A stretch of 64,000 nucleotides of DNA from Phycisphaerae bacterium (GCA_963666925.2 CAXXTC010000007.1:224001-288000); one strand, 5' to 3'; positions 44,708 to 55,500 are shown, counted from the stretch's first letter. Notes: a model not told the origin generated them from the sequence alone. Made by a program: numbers and translations.

Positions 44708-45346
44708 ATGGAGATCCTGGATCAGATTTCCCAGCAGCTCATCGCCGGCGAGGACGCTCAGGTCGCACAGCTCACACAGCAAGCCGTCGACCAGGGAATC
44801 GCGCCGCGTCAAATCCTCGACCAGGGGCTGATCGCCGGCATGAACATCGTCGGCACGCAGTTCAAGAACCATGAGATTTTCCTGCCCGACGTGCTCGTCG
44901 CCGCACGCGCCATGTATGCCGGCATGGATATCCTCAAGCCGCTGCTGTTGCGCGACAACGTCCCCGCGCGCGGCAAGGTCGTCCTCGGCACTGTCGCGGG
45001 CGACCAGCACGATATCGGCAAGAACCTCGTCGGCATCATGCTCAAAGGCGCTGGCTTCGACGTGATCGACCTCGGCCACAATGTCCCCGCCGAGCAGTTC
45101 GTCGAGGCCGCTCGCACGCACGACGCCCCGCTCATCGGCATGTCCGCTCTGCTCACAACCACCATGCCCGCCATGCAACGCGTCGTCACCCTGTTGAAGG
45201 AGCAAGGGCTCGCCGGCCAGGTACGCACCATCGTCGGCGGTGCGCCCGTGTCGGAGGAATTCGCTCAGCAGATCGGCGCCGATGCCTACGGCTTCGATGC
45301 CGCCAGCGCCGTCGATCGCGTCAAGAGCCTGTTGGGAGTCGCCTGA
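44708..45346 (+). CDS. Corrinoid (cobalamin-binding) protein
   Basis: Cap domain GLIAGMNIVG..F...EIFLPDVL; B12 motif GDQHDIGKNLV; MSALLTTTM; IVGGAPV. Confidence 0.95.
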   Translation: MEILDQISQQLIAGEDAQVAQLTQQAVDQGIAPRQILDQGLIAGMNIVGTQFKNHEIFLPDVLVAARAMYAGMDILKPLLLRDNVPARGKVVLGTVAGDQHDIGKNLVGIMLKGAGFDVIDLGHNVPAEQFVEAARTHDAPLIGMSALLTTTMPAMQRVVTLLKEQGLAGQVRTIVGGAPVSEEFAQQIGADAYGFDAASAVDRVKSLLGVA

Positions 45347-45348
45347 CC

Positions 45349-46236
45349 ATGCAGCCCCTCCGCCAGCGACTGCAAGACCGCCGGCCGCTCGTTGGCGACG
45401 GCGCCCTGGGAACCATGCTGCTCGGGCATGGCCTGTTGCCCGGGCGCTGTCCGGAGGAACTCAGCCGCTCGCGACCCGAGCTGCTCACCGAAATCGCCCA
45501 GCAGTACATCGACGCCGGCGCCGATATCATCGAAACCAATACCTTCGGCGGCTCGCCGCTCAAGCTCGATTTTTCTGGCCTCGCTGATCAGACGGTGCAG
45601 ATCAATCAGGCCGCCGTCCACGCCGTCCGCGCCGCCGCCGACGGGCGGGCCTATGTCGCCGGCTCGTGCGGGCCCACCGGAAAGCTGCTCGAACCCTATG
45701 GCGACACGCCCCCCACGGTCATCGCCGACGCTTTCCGGGTTCAGATCGGGGCGCTGCTCGACGCCGGGGTCGACGCCATCTGCGTCGAGACCATGACCGA
45801 TTTGCACGAAGCTCGCCTCGCTGTCGAGGTCGCCCGCGAACTCGACCCGAATATCCCCGTCTTTGCCACCATGACTTTCGACCAGACCCCGCGCGGCTTC
45901 TTCACCATCATGGGCACCACCATCGAGCAAGCCGCCACCACCCTCGCCGATGCCGGCGCTACCGTTGTGGGCTCAAACTGCGGCCACGGCATCGGGCCCA
46001 TGATCGCCATCGCCAAACGTTTCATTGAAGTTACCTCGCTGCCCTGCCTCATCCAGGCCAACGCCGGCATGCCCGAGACCCGTGGCTCAGACGTCGTTTA
46101 TCCGGACGATCCCGATACTATGGCCCAACAGGCCCGCGAGCTGGTCAGGATGGGAGTCCGGATCATCGGCGGCTGTTGTGGCACCACGCCCGATCATATC
46201 CGCGCCTTGCGCACCATCGTTGCCGATGTGCGCTGA
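45349..46236 (+). CDS. Homocysteine S-methyltransferase domain protein (MetH Hcy-binding module)
   Basis: DGALGTML, AGADIIETNTFG, AGSCGPTG, ETMTD, GSNCG, ANAGMP, IIGGCCGTTPDHI (Zn ligands). Confidence 0.93.
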   Translation: MQPLRQRLQDRRPLVGDGALGTMLLGHGLLPGRCPEELSRSRPELLTEIAQQYIDAGADIIETNTFGGSPLKLDFSGLADQTVQINQAAVHAVRAAADGRAYVAGSCGPTGKLLEPYGDTPPTVIADAFRVQIGALLDAGVDAICVETMTDLHEARLAVEVARELDPNIPVFATMTFDQTPRGFFTIMGTTIEQAATTLADAGATVVGSNCGHGIGPMIAIAKRFIEVTSLPCLIQANAGMPETRGSDVVYPDDPDTMAQQARELVRMGVRIIGGCCGTTPDHIRALRTIVADVR

Positions 46237-46576
46237 TCACTCTCATCAGCAGCAAAATAATACGTGACAAAAATCGCCAGATTCCGCCAGAATTCGCCAG
46301 CCGCCAACAGAGTTGCACAGTTGACCCTCTTGGGCCGATTTTTACGGTGACAACGCCGATCGGCGTGCTATATTGGACATATGAGCAAGGAGGTCGCCGC
46401 GATCGGAAAAACCGATCCGGCGTTATCTGACCCCGGCGCATCGCGCTGTAGGCCGGGGTTCGATCCAGCCTCTCGAACGATGGGCTTGAGCAATCTGATG
46501 AAGCGCCAGTGGCCTATGACGACAGTCATGCCCAGACTCGTCGGCCACACAAGAGACTAACCAGTAAGGAGAAACA

Positions 46577-49369
46577 ATGTCTCTGTTGCCCCGCCTGTAC
46601 GGTATCTCTACCCGTATCATCCTGGCCGGCGCACTCGTCGCGCTGCTGCCAGCCGCTGTCGCGAATTCGTCCGCCGGCGATTTCGTGAGCCTCGTCTCCG
46701 ACACTGGCGATCAGATCGAGCTCGAGTTCGGCCTGAAGGACTTGGACCTCACGTCCGTTAACATCGACGGGCAGAAGTTCTCGCTCTACAAGATCTCCGG
46801 CGCGCCGTTCACCAAGGAGCTCGGCGCCCCCTGCGTGCCGCACGTCGCTAACAGCATCATCATCCCCGACGATGCCGCCATGACCCTCAGCGTAGATCTT
46901 GAGACGGCGCGCTATTACGACGTCACCGACGTCGACCTCGTGCCCTCCCGCGGCTACATCCCGCGTAGCATCAATCCCGACCAGGTGCCCTACGAGTTCG
47001 GCTCCGAGTATTCGCAGAACGCGTTCTATCCCGGCGAGCTGGCCACGCTCAGCGACCCCTACATCCTCCGCGACTACCGCGGCGCCGTGGTCGATGTCTT
47101 CCCCGTGCAGTACAACCCCGTTACCCGCACCCTGCGCGTCTATACCAACCTGACCATCACGGTCCAGCGCAGCGGGCCGGCCAAGATCAACCCGCTCGAT
47201 CGGCCACGCAGCGCCCGTGCCCTCAGCACCTCGTTCCACAACATCTACAACGGCCACTTCCTCAATTACACCCCGGACCAGCGCTACGATCCGATGGACG
47301 AGGACGGCGACATGCTGATCATCTGCTACGACAGTTGGCTCAGCAACATCCAATCGCTGGTCGATCACAAAAACGCCATCGGCATCACCACCACCGCCGT
47401 CGGCGTCAGCACGATCGGCAACAACTCAACATCGATCCAGAGCTATATCCAGTCGGTGTACAACAGCAGCGATCTGGCGTTTGTGCTGCTGGTGGGTGAC
47501 GCTTCCCAGGTGGCCACGCCCGAGCGCGCCGGCGGGGCGGCCGATCCGGATTACTCACTGCTCGCCGGTAGCGACAACTATCCTGACATCATCGTCGGAC
47601 GCTTCTCTGCCAGTAGCTCGTCAGAGGTCGACACCCAGGTGCTACGCACTATCGAGTACGAGGAGATGCCGGCTACTACCGCGGACTGGTTCTGGCGCGG
47701 CGTGGGCATCGCCTCGGATCAGGGCACCGGCGACGACGGCGAGACCGATGAGGAACATATCGAGAACATCCGCGACGACCTGCTGGGTTACGGCTACACC
47801 CTCGTGTCCCAGGTCTACGAAGCCTCGGGCGCTTCGGCCAGTGATATCAGCGCTGCCCTGAACGCCGGTCGCGGCATCATCAATTATTGTGGCCACGGCT
47901 CGGCGACGAGCTGGAGCACCACCGGCTACAGCAATAGCAATGTCAATAGCCTCGTCAACAACAACATGTTGCCGTTCGTCGTCAGCGTGGCTTGCAACAA
48001 CGGTGAGTTCGATAACTACAGCGCCTGTTTTGCCGAGTCCTGGCTGCGCGCTACCAACGGCAGCGAGCCGACCGGCGCGGCCTGCTTCTACGGCTCATCC
48101 ATCTCCCAGCCCTGGGATCCGCCGATGGAAGCGCAGGACGAAATCAACTACCTGTATGTCAACGAGTCCTACGTGACTTACGGCGCGCTGTGCTATGCCG
48201 GTTCGTGCTCGATGATGGATGAGTACACGGGCTCGGGTGACACGTGGGGCACCGGGCCGGCGACTTTTAACACCTGGATCATCTTCGGTGACCCGAGCTT
48301 GCGCGTGGTCGGCACGACGGCGCCGCCGACCGGTCTGAGCGTCAGCCCCAGCGGCGGGCTGGCGGCCGAGGGCAGCACCGGCGGGCCGTTCACGCCGAGC
48401 AGCGCGGACTACACCCTCGAAAACCAGAATACGACCGCGATCAGCTACGAAGTCACGAAGTCGGCGAGCTGGATCAGCGTCACCAACGCCTCCGGCGCGA
48501 TTCCTGGAGGCGGCAGTGTTGTCGTAACGGTCTCGATCAACTCGCAGGCGAACAGCCTCGGCAACGGGTACTACTCCGACACGGTGTACTTCAACAACCT
48601 GACCGACGGTGACGGCGATGCGACGCGGCTGGTCGAGTTGACCGTCGGCGTGCCGACGTTGCAGTACGAATGGAACATGGACACCAACCCCGGCTGGTCG
48701 ACCGAAGGGCAGTGGGCCTGGGGTCAGCCAACCGGCGGCGGCGGTGACCATGGCAACCCGGATCCAACCTCGGGCTACACCGGCAACTACGTGTACGGCT
48801 ACAACCTCAGTGGCGATTATGCCGGCAACATCTCCGAGTATGACCTGACGACCAACGCGATCGACTGTAGCGAACTGACCGACGTCAGTCTGAAGTTCTA
48901 TCGCTGGCTGGGCGTGGAACAGCCGTATTATGATCACGCTTACTTGCGTATCAGCAACGACGGATCGAGTTTCACGACGATCTGGGAGAACACCGCCGAG
49001 GTGGCGGACGACTCATGGGAGTTGCAGGAATTCGACATCTCGCAGTATGCCGATCAGGAGGCGACGGTCTACATCCAGTGGGTCATGGGTGAGGCCGACG
49101 GCTATTGGCATTATTGCGGCTGGAACGTTGACGACGTGGAGATCTGGGGTCTGGCGCCGGCGGAGCCCGAGTGGGATATGGGCGACATGAACTGCGACGG
49201 CCAGGTTAACTTTGACGACATCGACCCGTTTGTGCTGGCGCTGGTTGGTCAGAGCGAGTACGAGGCGGCGTGGCCGGCGTGCGAATGGATGAACGCCGAC
49301 GCAGACGATTCGGGCATCGTCAACTTTGATGACATCGACGGCTTTGTTGAGGCGTTGACCGGCGGTTGA
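46577..49369 (+). CDS. Secreted C25 (gingipain-like) cysteine peptidase with propeptide, Ig/BACON-like and cleaved-adhesin-like domains and a C-terminal dockerin-like domain
   Basis: RBS AAGGAGA. Propeptide motifs PVQYNPV..TLRVY and FVLLVGD, IVGRFS. Catalytic NYCGHGS and SVACNNG, IFGDPSL. C-terminus GDMNCDGQVNFDDIDPFV...ADADDSGIVNFDDIDGFV. Confidence 0.92.
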   Translation: MSLLPRLYGISTRIILAGALVALLPAAVANSSAGDFVSLVSDTGDQIELEFGLKDLDLTSVNIDGQKFSLYKISGAPFTKELGAPCVPHVANSIIIPDDAAMTLSVDLETARYYDVTDVDLVPSRGYIPRSINPDQVPYEFGSEYSQNAFYPGELATLSDPYILRDYRGAVVDVFPVQYNPVTRTLRVYTNLTITVQRSGPAKINPLDRPRSARALSTSFHNIYNGHFLNYTPDQRYDPMDEDGDMLIICYDSWLSNIQSLVDHKNAIGITTTAVGVSTIGNNSTSIQSYIQSVYNSSDLAFVLLVGDASQVATPERAGGAADPDYSLLAGSDNYPDIIVGRFSASSSSEVDTQVLRTIEYEEMPATTADWFWRGVGIASDQGTGDDGETDEEHIENIRDDLLGYGYTLVSQVYEASGASASDISAALNAGRGIINYCGHGSATSWSTTGYSNSNVNSLVNNNMLPFVVSVACNNGEFDNYSACFAESWLRATNGSEPTGAACFYGSSISQPWDPPMEAQDEINYLYVNESYVTYGALCYAGSCSMMDEYTGSGDTWGTGPATFNTWIIFGDPSLRVVGTTAPPTGLSVSPSGGLAAEGSTGGPFTPSSADYTLENQNTTAISYEVTKSASWISVTNASGAIPGGGSVVVTVSINSQANSLGNGYYSDTVYFNNLTDGDGDATRLVELTVGVPTLQYEWNMDTNPGWSTEGQWAWGQPTGGGGDHGNPDPTSGYTGNYVYGYNLSGDYAGNISEYDLTTNAIDCSELTDVSLKFYRWLGVEQPYYDHAYLRISNDGSSFTTIWENTAEVADDSWELQEFDISQYADQEATVYIQWVMGEADGYWHYCGWNVDDVEIWGLAPAEPEWDMGDMNCDGQVNFDDIDPFVLALVGQSEYEAAWPACEWMNADADDSGIVNFDDIDGFVEALTGG

Positions 49370-49503
49370 TCAATATGATCGGTCATTAGGAACTGATTAG
49401 CATAGGTATAGCATCAACGGTCCCGGCGGGCGAAGTGCTTGCCGGGGCCGTTGTTATGCGCTGAGGACGGAGGTTGTGAGACAATATGCGCCGGAGTAGG
49501 CTC

Positions 49504-49526
49504 GGCGGGCGAGACGCCCGCCCCAC
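49504..49526. repeat. REP-like palindrome
   Basis: GGCGGGCG-AGA-CGCCCGCC-CCAC, identical to 26147-26169. Confidence 0.75.
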
Positions 49527-49686
49527 TTGGGTTTCGGACGGTTGTTTCACGAGATCGTGTGCCCGGAGCCGGGATGGGGGCAAGATTTCTGTTGCGGTGG
49601 GGGTGCACGGCGGTGATAATGGGGTCACGGTGTCAATTGGCCGTTTGCGGACGCCAAGCGCCCCGCTGGGGTAGAGGGACAGATAC

Positions 49687-50616
49687 ATGAGAACGATCGA
49701 GCCTGCGTATCGGCACGAAGGCGGCGGCGCGACACGCGCCAAGCGTCGTGCGGCGACGTTGGTGGATGTGCTGGCGGTGGTTGGTGTGGTGGTGGTGCTG
49801 GCGCCGCTGGTGATGGCTTGTCTGGTTGATGAGCGTGAGGAGGCGCGGATCGGGCAGTGTCTGGCGAACCTGCGAACGCTGGGGGTGGCCAGTGAGATGT
49901 ACTTGGCGGATTGGGATGGGGAGTGTCCGCCGATTGTGAAGAGGATGGCGGGAGATTATCTGAGCGTAACGAATTGGTTCCATGGCGGGAAGACGAACGA
50001 CGATTACTGGCTGACCGACTCTGGTGGCGCTTTCTACCTTCCGGTTACAGAGCGGCCACTGAACCCGTACTTGCTGGGCGGCCGGGTGGAAGCGGATGTG
50101 ACCAGTGGTAATCAGGTGATCGAGCGCACCGAGGTCCCGGTGCTGGGATGTCCGGCTGACAGCCTGACGTACGAGAGGTCATATACTGGCGGCGTGTACG
50201 GGCCCTTGTACGGCCTGAGTACCTATGACGATGTTGGAACGAGTTATATCTTTAACCTGCAATCGCTCAGGGACACTAACGTTGACGAATGGGGCAACGA
50301 TGGTCAGGGCTGGGAGGAGTTATCACACGCGATCCTCGCCTCGACGGCCGAGATGCAGCCCGACTCTTTCATCTGGTATCTGGAAGGGCCGTTGGACTGG
50401 GCCTTGTATCAGCAGGAGTTGACGGTCGGCTTCCACGGCGAGTTGGGCCGACACTCGGTTATGTTTCGTGATGGGCATGCGGGCTATCAGTACATGGATT
50501 CGATGGAATGGTGCGGCCCAGGCTGGGAGGCCATCAATATCAATTGGCAGTATTCCCCAGGCACCCCCTTTGGGCCAATTCATTATGATCGCCTATCGAA
50601 GCGCTGCTGTCCGTGA
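49687..50616 (+). CDS. Pseudopilin-like / H-X9-DG-type protein, paralog 1
   Basis: Pilin-like N-terminal helix AATLVDVLAVVGVVVVLAP, ARxxQCLANLR, CPAD, SY, FHG...HSVMFRDGHA. Confidence 0.8.
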   Translation: MRTIEPAYRHEGGGATRAKRRAATLVDVLAVVGVVVVLAPLVMACLVDEREEARIGQCLANLRTLGVASEMYLADWDGECPPIVKRMAGDYLSVTNWFHGGKTNDDYWLTDSGGAFYLPVTERPLNPYLLGGRVEADVTSGNQVIERTEVPVLGCPADSLTYERSYTGGVYGPLYGLSTYDDVGTSYIFNLQSLRDTNVDEWGNDGQGWEELSHAILASTAEMQPDSFIWYLEGPLDWALYQQELTVGFHGELGRHSVMFRDGHAGYQYMDSMEWCGPGWEAININWQYSPGTPFGPIHYDRLSKRCCP

Positions 50617-50649
50617 TGGCGTGACGTTTGCAATGACGGGAGATGTTTC

Positions 50650-51543
50650 ATGAGGTGTTCGCAAATTCGTCTGCGGCGCGCGGTGACGTTGATTGACGTG
50701 GTCGTATTGCTGGGCGTGGGGGCGCTGCTGGTGCCGCTGGTGGTGCCGTGCGTGATTAATGCGCAGGAGCAGGGCCGAATCGGGCAGTGCCTGGCGAACC
50801 TGCGAACGCTGGGGGTGGCGAATGACATGTACCTGGGGGATTGGGGTAATGAGTATCCAACCATCATAAACAGGGTGGAAGGAACGATCGGGTTTGCGTC
50901 ATGGTTTTACGGTGGGAAGACGACGGACGAGTACTGGTTGACGCCAGCGTCGGGCGTGTTCTATTCGCGGGCGGTGGATCGGCCGTTTAACCCCTATTTG
51001 CTGGGAGGACGTACGGAGCCCGACGTGATGATGGGGAACGAGGTGATCGGACGGACGGAGGTGCCGGTACTGGCTTGTCCGTCTGACGACATCACGCAAA
51101 TGCGGGCCTGGGACTTTACAGGTGAAGGCATCGTGCCAGGGCTGAGCACGTACGATGATGTGGGAACTAGCTACCACTGGAACTACCACGCGATAATGGA
51201 GACGAACATCGACGAGTGGGAAAACGATGGGAGTGGGTGGAAGATGCTGGTACGGAGCGTGCTCGCAGCCAGCGCACAGCGGCAGCCGGACTCATTCATC
51301 TGGTATATAGAAGGTCCGCTGGATTACGCAGCATACTACCAGGAGTCCGCGGTCGGCTTTCACGGCGAGATGGACACGCACTCGGTCGGATTTCGCGATG
51401 GCCATGCGGAGTATCGGTACATTGATCCGACGCGGTGGTGCGGGCCGGGGTGGGAGCTGTTATGCACGAGTTGGGTGCGTGAACCGGGCAGCCCGGAGCC
51501 GGCGATCTATTACTCGAACACGAGTAAGTCGTGCGTGCCTTAG
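50650..51543 (+). CDS. Pseudopilin-like / H-X9-DG-type protein, paralog 2
   Basis: AVTLIDVVVLLGV, QCLANLRTLG, CPSD, YDDVGTSY, FHG...HSVGFRDGHA. Confidence 0.8.
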   Translation: MRCSQIRLRRAVTLIDVVVLLGVGALLVPLVVPCVINAQEQGRIGQCLANLRTLGVANDMYLGDWGNEYPTIINRVEGTIGFASWFYGGKTTDEYWLTPASGVFYSRAVDRPFNPYLLGGRTEPDVMMGNEVIGRTEVPVLACPSDDITQMRAWDFTGEGIVPGLSTYDDVGTSYHWNYHAIMETNIDEWENDGSGWKMLVRSVLAASAQRQPDSFIWYIEGPLDYAAYYQESAVGFHGEMDTHSVGFRDGHAEYRYIDPTRWCGPGWELLCTSWVREPGSPEPAIYYSNTSKSCVP

Positions 51544-51620
51544 GTGAGCAATCGCTGTGGCTGCGCTGGCAGCAATGTGATTCGGCGGCGTGAATGGATT
51601 TGCATGCAGGGAGATGTTTG

Positions 51621-52502
51621 ATGAGGTGTTCACAGTTTCGGCTGCGGCGGGGGGCGGCGTTGGTGGATGTGCTGGCGGTGGTTGGTGTGGTGACGCTGCT
51701 GACGCCGGTGGTGATGGCTTGTTTGGTTGATGAGCGTGAGGAGGCGCGGATCGGGCAGTGTTTGGCGAACCTGCGAACGCTGGGCGTGGCGAATGAGATG
51801 TACCTGGGTGATTGGGATGGTAACTTCCCGGTCATTGTGCATGGGGATAGCACGATTGGCCTGTGTAGCTGGCTGTACGGGGGGAAAACCGCCGACGACT
51901 ACTGGGAAGGCTATTCTGGTGGAGTGTTTTACGTTCCGGCAACGGAACGGCCGCTGAATCCATATCTACTGGGTGGTCGAGTTGAAGCGGACCTGACGGA
52001 TGGCGGTGAAGTCATCAAGCGCACAGAGGTGCCGATGCTGAAGTGTCCGTCGGACCAGACTTCGCACCAGCGGCGGTTCTCTTCGTCTACGGGGGCCGGG
52101 ATAAGCGCTTATGACGACGTGGGGACCAGCTACTTAGTCAACCTGCATGCAGTGGAAGACACCAATGTTGATGAATGGCAGAACGACGGGCAGGGATGGA
52201 GCGAGTTGGCGCGCAGCGCGCTGGCAACGACGGCCCAGAGGCAGCCGGACTCGTTCATTTGGTTCATGGAAGAGCCGCTGGATTGGGGCCTCCACGACAG
52301 AATACACGTTATAGGTAATCACGAAGAAATCTCCCGGCATTCGGTGGGCTTTAGAGACGGACATGCAGAGTACTTGTTCGTTGACAGCCACTTCTGGTGT
52401 GGGTCGGGCTGGGAGGCCATCAACACGGCGTGGCAATGGGGGCCGAACATCGAGCGGGGAGCCGTCTTTTACATACTCCTAACCAAGGACTGCCAACCCT
52501 GA
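51621..52502 (+). CDS. Pseudopilin-like / H-X9-DG-type protein, paralog 3
   Basis: GAALVDVLAVVGV, QCLANLRTLG, CPSD, YDDVGTSY, NHE...HSVGFRDGHA. Confidence 0.8.
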   Translation: MRCSQFRLRRGAALVDVLAVVGVVTLLTPVVMACLVDEREEARIGQCLANLRTLGVANEMYLGDWDGNFPVIVHGDSTIGLCSWLYGGKTADDYWEGYSGGVFYVPATERPLNPYLLGGRVEADLTDGGEVIKRTEVPMLKCPSDQTSHQRRFSSSTGAGISAYDDVGTSYLVNLHAVEDTNVDEWQNDGQGWSELARSALATTAQRQPDSFIWFMEEPLDWGLHDRIHVIGNHEEISRHSVGFRDGHAEYLFVDSHFWCGSGWEAINTAWQWGPNIERGAVFYILLTKDCQP

Positions 52503-52576
52503 CGTTTACGGGAATAACGACTATTGAACGCGCCAAGGGCCAATACGTTGGCACGGAACGAATAGAGGTAATACAG

Positions 52577-55500
52577 ATGATTAGCCGGAATTCTGCCTGT
52601 ATGAGTGCGATTGTCGCGATCATGGTCGCGGGGTTGGGTGCGACGCTGCCGGCGTTTGGTCAGCAGGGTGGTGATAACTGCATGGCGCCGAGCGTGTTGC
52701 ACGATCCGCTGCCGATCCAGTTCAGCGGTACGACCGTGGGCTACGCCGACGATTATGACGAGGTGTGTCCGTTTGTCGGGTCGATCGCGCCGGACGTGGT
52801 GTACAGCTATGCGCCGACGGCGGATGTGACCGTGGACATCAGCTTGTGCGGCGATGAGACGGATTTCGACACGAAGCTGTATGTGTATGAGGATCTGTGT
52901 CCGGATCCTGGTGAGCCGTACGCGTGCAACGATGATGCGTGTTATACGCCGAGCGGGCAAGGGATGGTGTCGCGGATTCGGCAGTTGCCGCTATTGGCGG
53001 ATCATACGTATTACATCGTGGTGGATGGGTTCGGCGCGGCCGCGGGGAACTACGAGCTGGAGCTGACGGAGAGTCCGACGTTGCCGGATTGCGACGGTGG
53101 GTTGGTAATGCGATCGCAGCCGCCGGAGCTGGAGAACTGGGTGGCGGTGGGTCGTGATACACGTGCGGAGCGTTTCGACAACCTGCCGGGGCGGATTACG
53201 GCGGTGCGTTTCTGGGGATTGAACTTCAACGTGGTGAATGGGGATTGGGGGCCGGCGCCGCTGGAGCCGATGGAGTTCACTGTACGGGTTCGTGAGATTC
53301 TGAATGGGGAACCGGGGTATGAAATCGCGCTGCTTAACCTGGATTTGATGCCGACGGTGGTGGGGACGGTGGGGCCGCACGGGTGGGAAGTGTTGGAGTA
53401 CTACACGGAGCTATCGCCGGCGCCGTTTGCGCAGGATTGCTGGATCAGCATCGAGGGGCCGGATCACACCGGTGGGGACCCGGCGGTGCCGTTCTTCGCG
53501 TGGATGGAGTCATGCGTAGGTGATGGTGAGTCGCATTGTTGCGTCGGAGTGGCCATATGTGGATTATCCATGTGGGGACTTCGATCTGGCCATGTGTCTG
53601 TATACGGACGGTGAGGAGGTGCTGGGGGCGTGCTGCGATGATGAGGTTGGAGTGTGTCGGGAGGACGTGCCGGCTGGTGAATGTACGGGGCGTTTTCTGG
53701 TGGGGCAGAGCTGCGCTGAGTTTGATCCGCCGTGTGAAGCACCGACGGGGGCGTGCTGTCATGCGGACGGGACGTGCACGTACGAGACGCTGGTAGACTG
53801 TGAGGGAGTGCCGGGGGACCGGGGTGATCTGAACTGCGACGGGTACAAGAACTTCGATGATATCGAGCCGTTTGTGCTGGCGCTGGTCGATCAGGATCAG
53901 TACGAGGATCAGTATCCGGATTGTGAGTGGGTGAGCGCGGACTGCAACGTGGACGGCTCCGTGAACTTTGACGACATCAGCGCGTTTGTCACTGCGCTGA
54001 CGGCGAGCAGCGACAGTCAGTGGCTGGGTGCGAGCACAGGGTGTGCGTGGTGTCCGCCGCAGCCGATTGCGTTGCCGGCGGAGCTGCCGTACGTGGAGTA
54101 TGAGAGCTTCACGTGCAACCGCGGGAATGACTTTGATGATACGGCGCTGGGGCTGTTAGACTCCGGCGAGGATGTGTTGTACGAGCTGGTGGTGAGCGAG
54201 CCGGTGAGTGTTGAGATTGTCACCGATCCGGCGTACGACTCGCCGACGCCAAACCTGTTGCTGACGGCGAGCTACCCGCCGGGGTATGACTACCTGGCGC
54301 TGAGCACCGTTGGAGGCAGTTTGTCTTGCCAGCATCTCGACCCCGGCACGTACTACCTGCTGGTTGATACGTGGGGCGTGGATAACTGCATTGAAGACTT
54401 CGACTTGTTCATCAACGCCTGCACGCCGCCGGTGGGGCAGTGTTGTTATGGCGAGCCGGTGGAGTGTGTCGAGGTGATGGAGCATGAGTGTGTTGCGCTG
54501 GGTGGCGTGTGGGACGCCGATCTGGATTGCAGCACGCCGTGCTTTGTCGAGGGTGATGATTGCGCGAGCGCGATCGAGATTTCGGCGCCGACGAGCCTGA
54601 ATCTGAATTCGCCGTACTATGGTGCGGACGGGCCGGCGGCTCCGTGTGATAAGTATGGGGCCGGGCATTTGATGCAGAAGGATGTGTGGCTGCGGTGGAC
54701 GCCGCCGGACGACGGGCTGGCGACGGTGACGGTTGAGTCGACCAGCGTCGAGTTTGATCCGGTGCTGGTGGTGCGCAGCGGGTGCGGCGATGCGGATGTG
54801 CTGCTGTGCAGCGATCAGGTCGCCGGCGTGGGCGTGCAGGAATTCGTGCAGTTCCCGTTCACGGCGAATACGACGTATTACTTCCAGATTGGCGAGGCGG
54901 GTCCGCACCCGTCGGGCGAGCCGGCGGAGCTGCTGTTCGATATTGACGCGTCGTATGGCGAGGGGGCGTGCTGCTTCGCGGATGGTTCGTGCCGGGAGCT
55001 GCGTGGCGACGATTGCGTCGCGCTCGGCGGGTCATACCTGGGTGACTGGGTGGAGTGCGGGCCGGAGAGTTGTCCGGAGCCGGAGCTGGGCGATAGCTGC
55101 GGCAGCGTGGCTTCGTTGACGATCACGGCGGATGTGTTGCCGCTGACGGTGGTCGGCTCGACGGTGGGCCGAAATAACGACTACGACGACACGTGTCTGG
55201 GTGGCTATGACAGCGGCCGGGACGTTGTTTATCGGCTGACGGTGCCGGCGCCGATCGTGGTGAATATCACGCTCGATCCGGGCAGTGTTGATGAGGAGCC
55301 GGGGACGCCGTTTACGGCCTTTGCGTTGAGCAAGACATGTCCGCCGACGGATTGCATCGTGACGGCGCGGAACGCGGAAGGCGTGCCGTATGGCGTGGAA
55401 TATGTTGTGCTGCGGGAGGGGACGTATTATCTGATGGTGGACAAGTGGCTGCTGCCGGACGAGATCCCGGAATTTGAGCTGGTGATCGAGCTGGCGGATG

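Noticed and set aside
46496..46530. Hammerhead ribozyme (CTGATGA core)
   Set aside because: No correctly placed GAAA core or closing stems.
49687..52502. Diversity-generating retroelement (template/variable repeat) behind the three paralogs
   Set aside because: No reverse transcriptase in the window. Differences are not adenine-specific, and the most similar segments are at the 5' ends rather than the C-terminal region.
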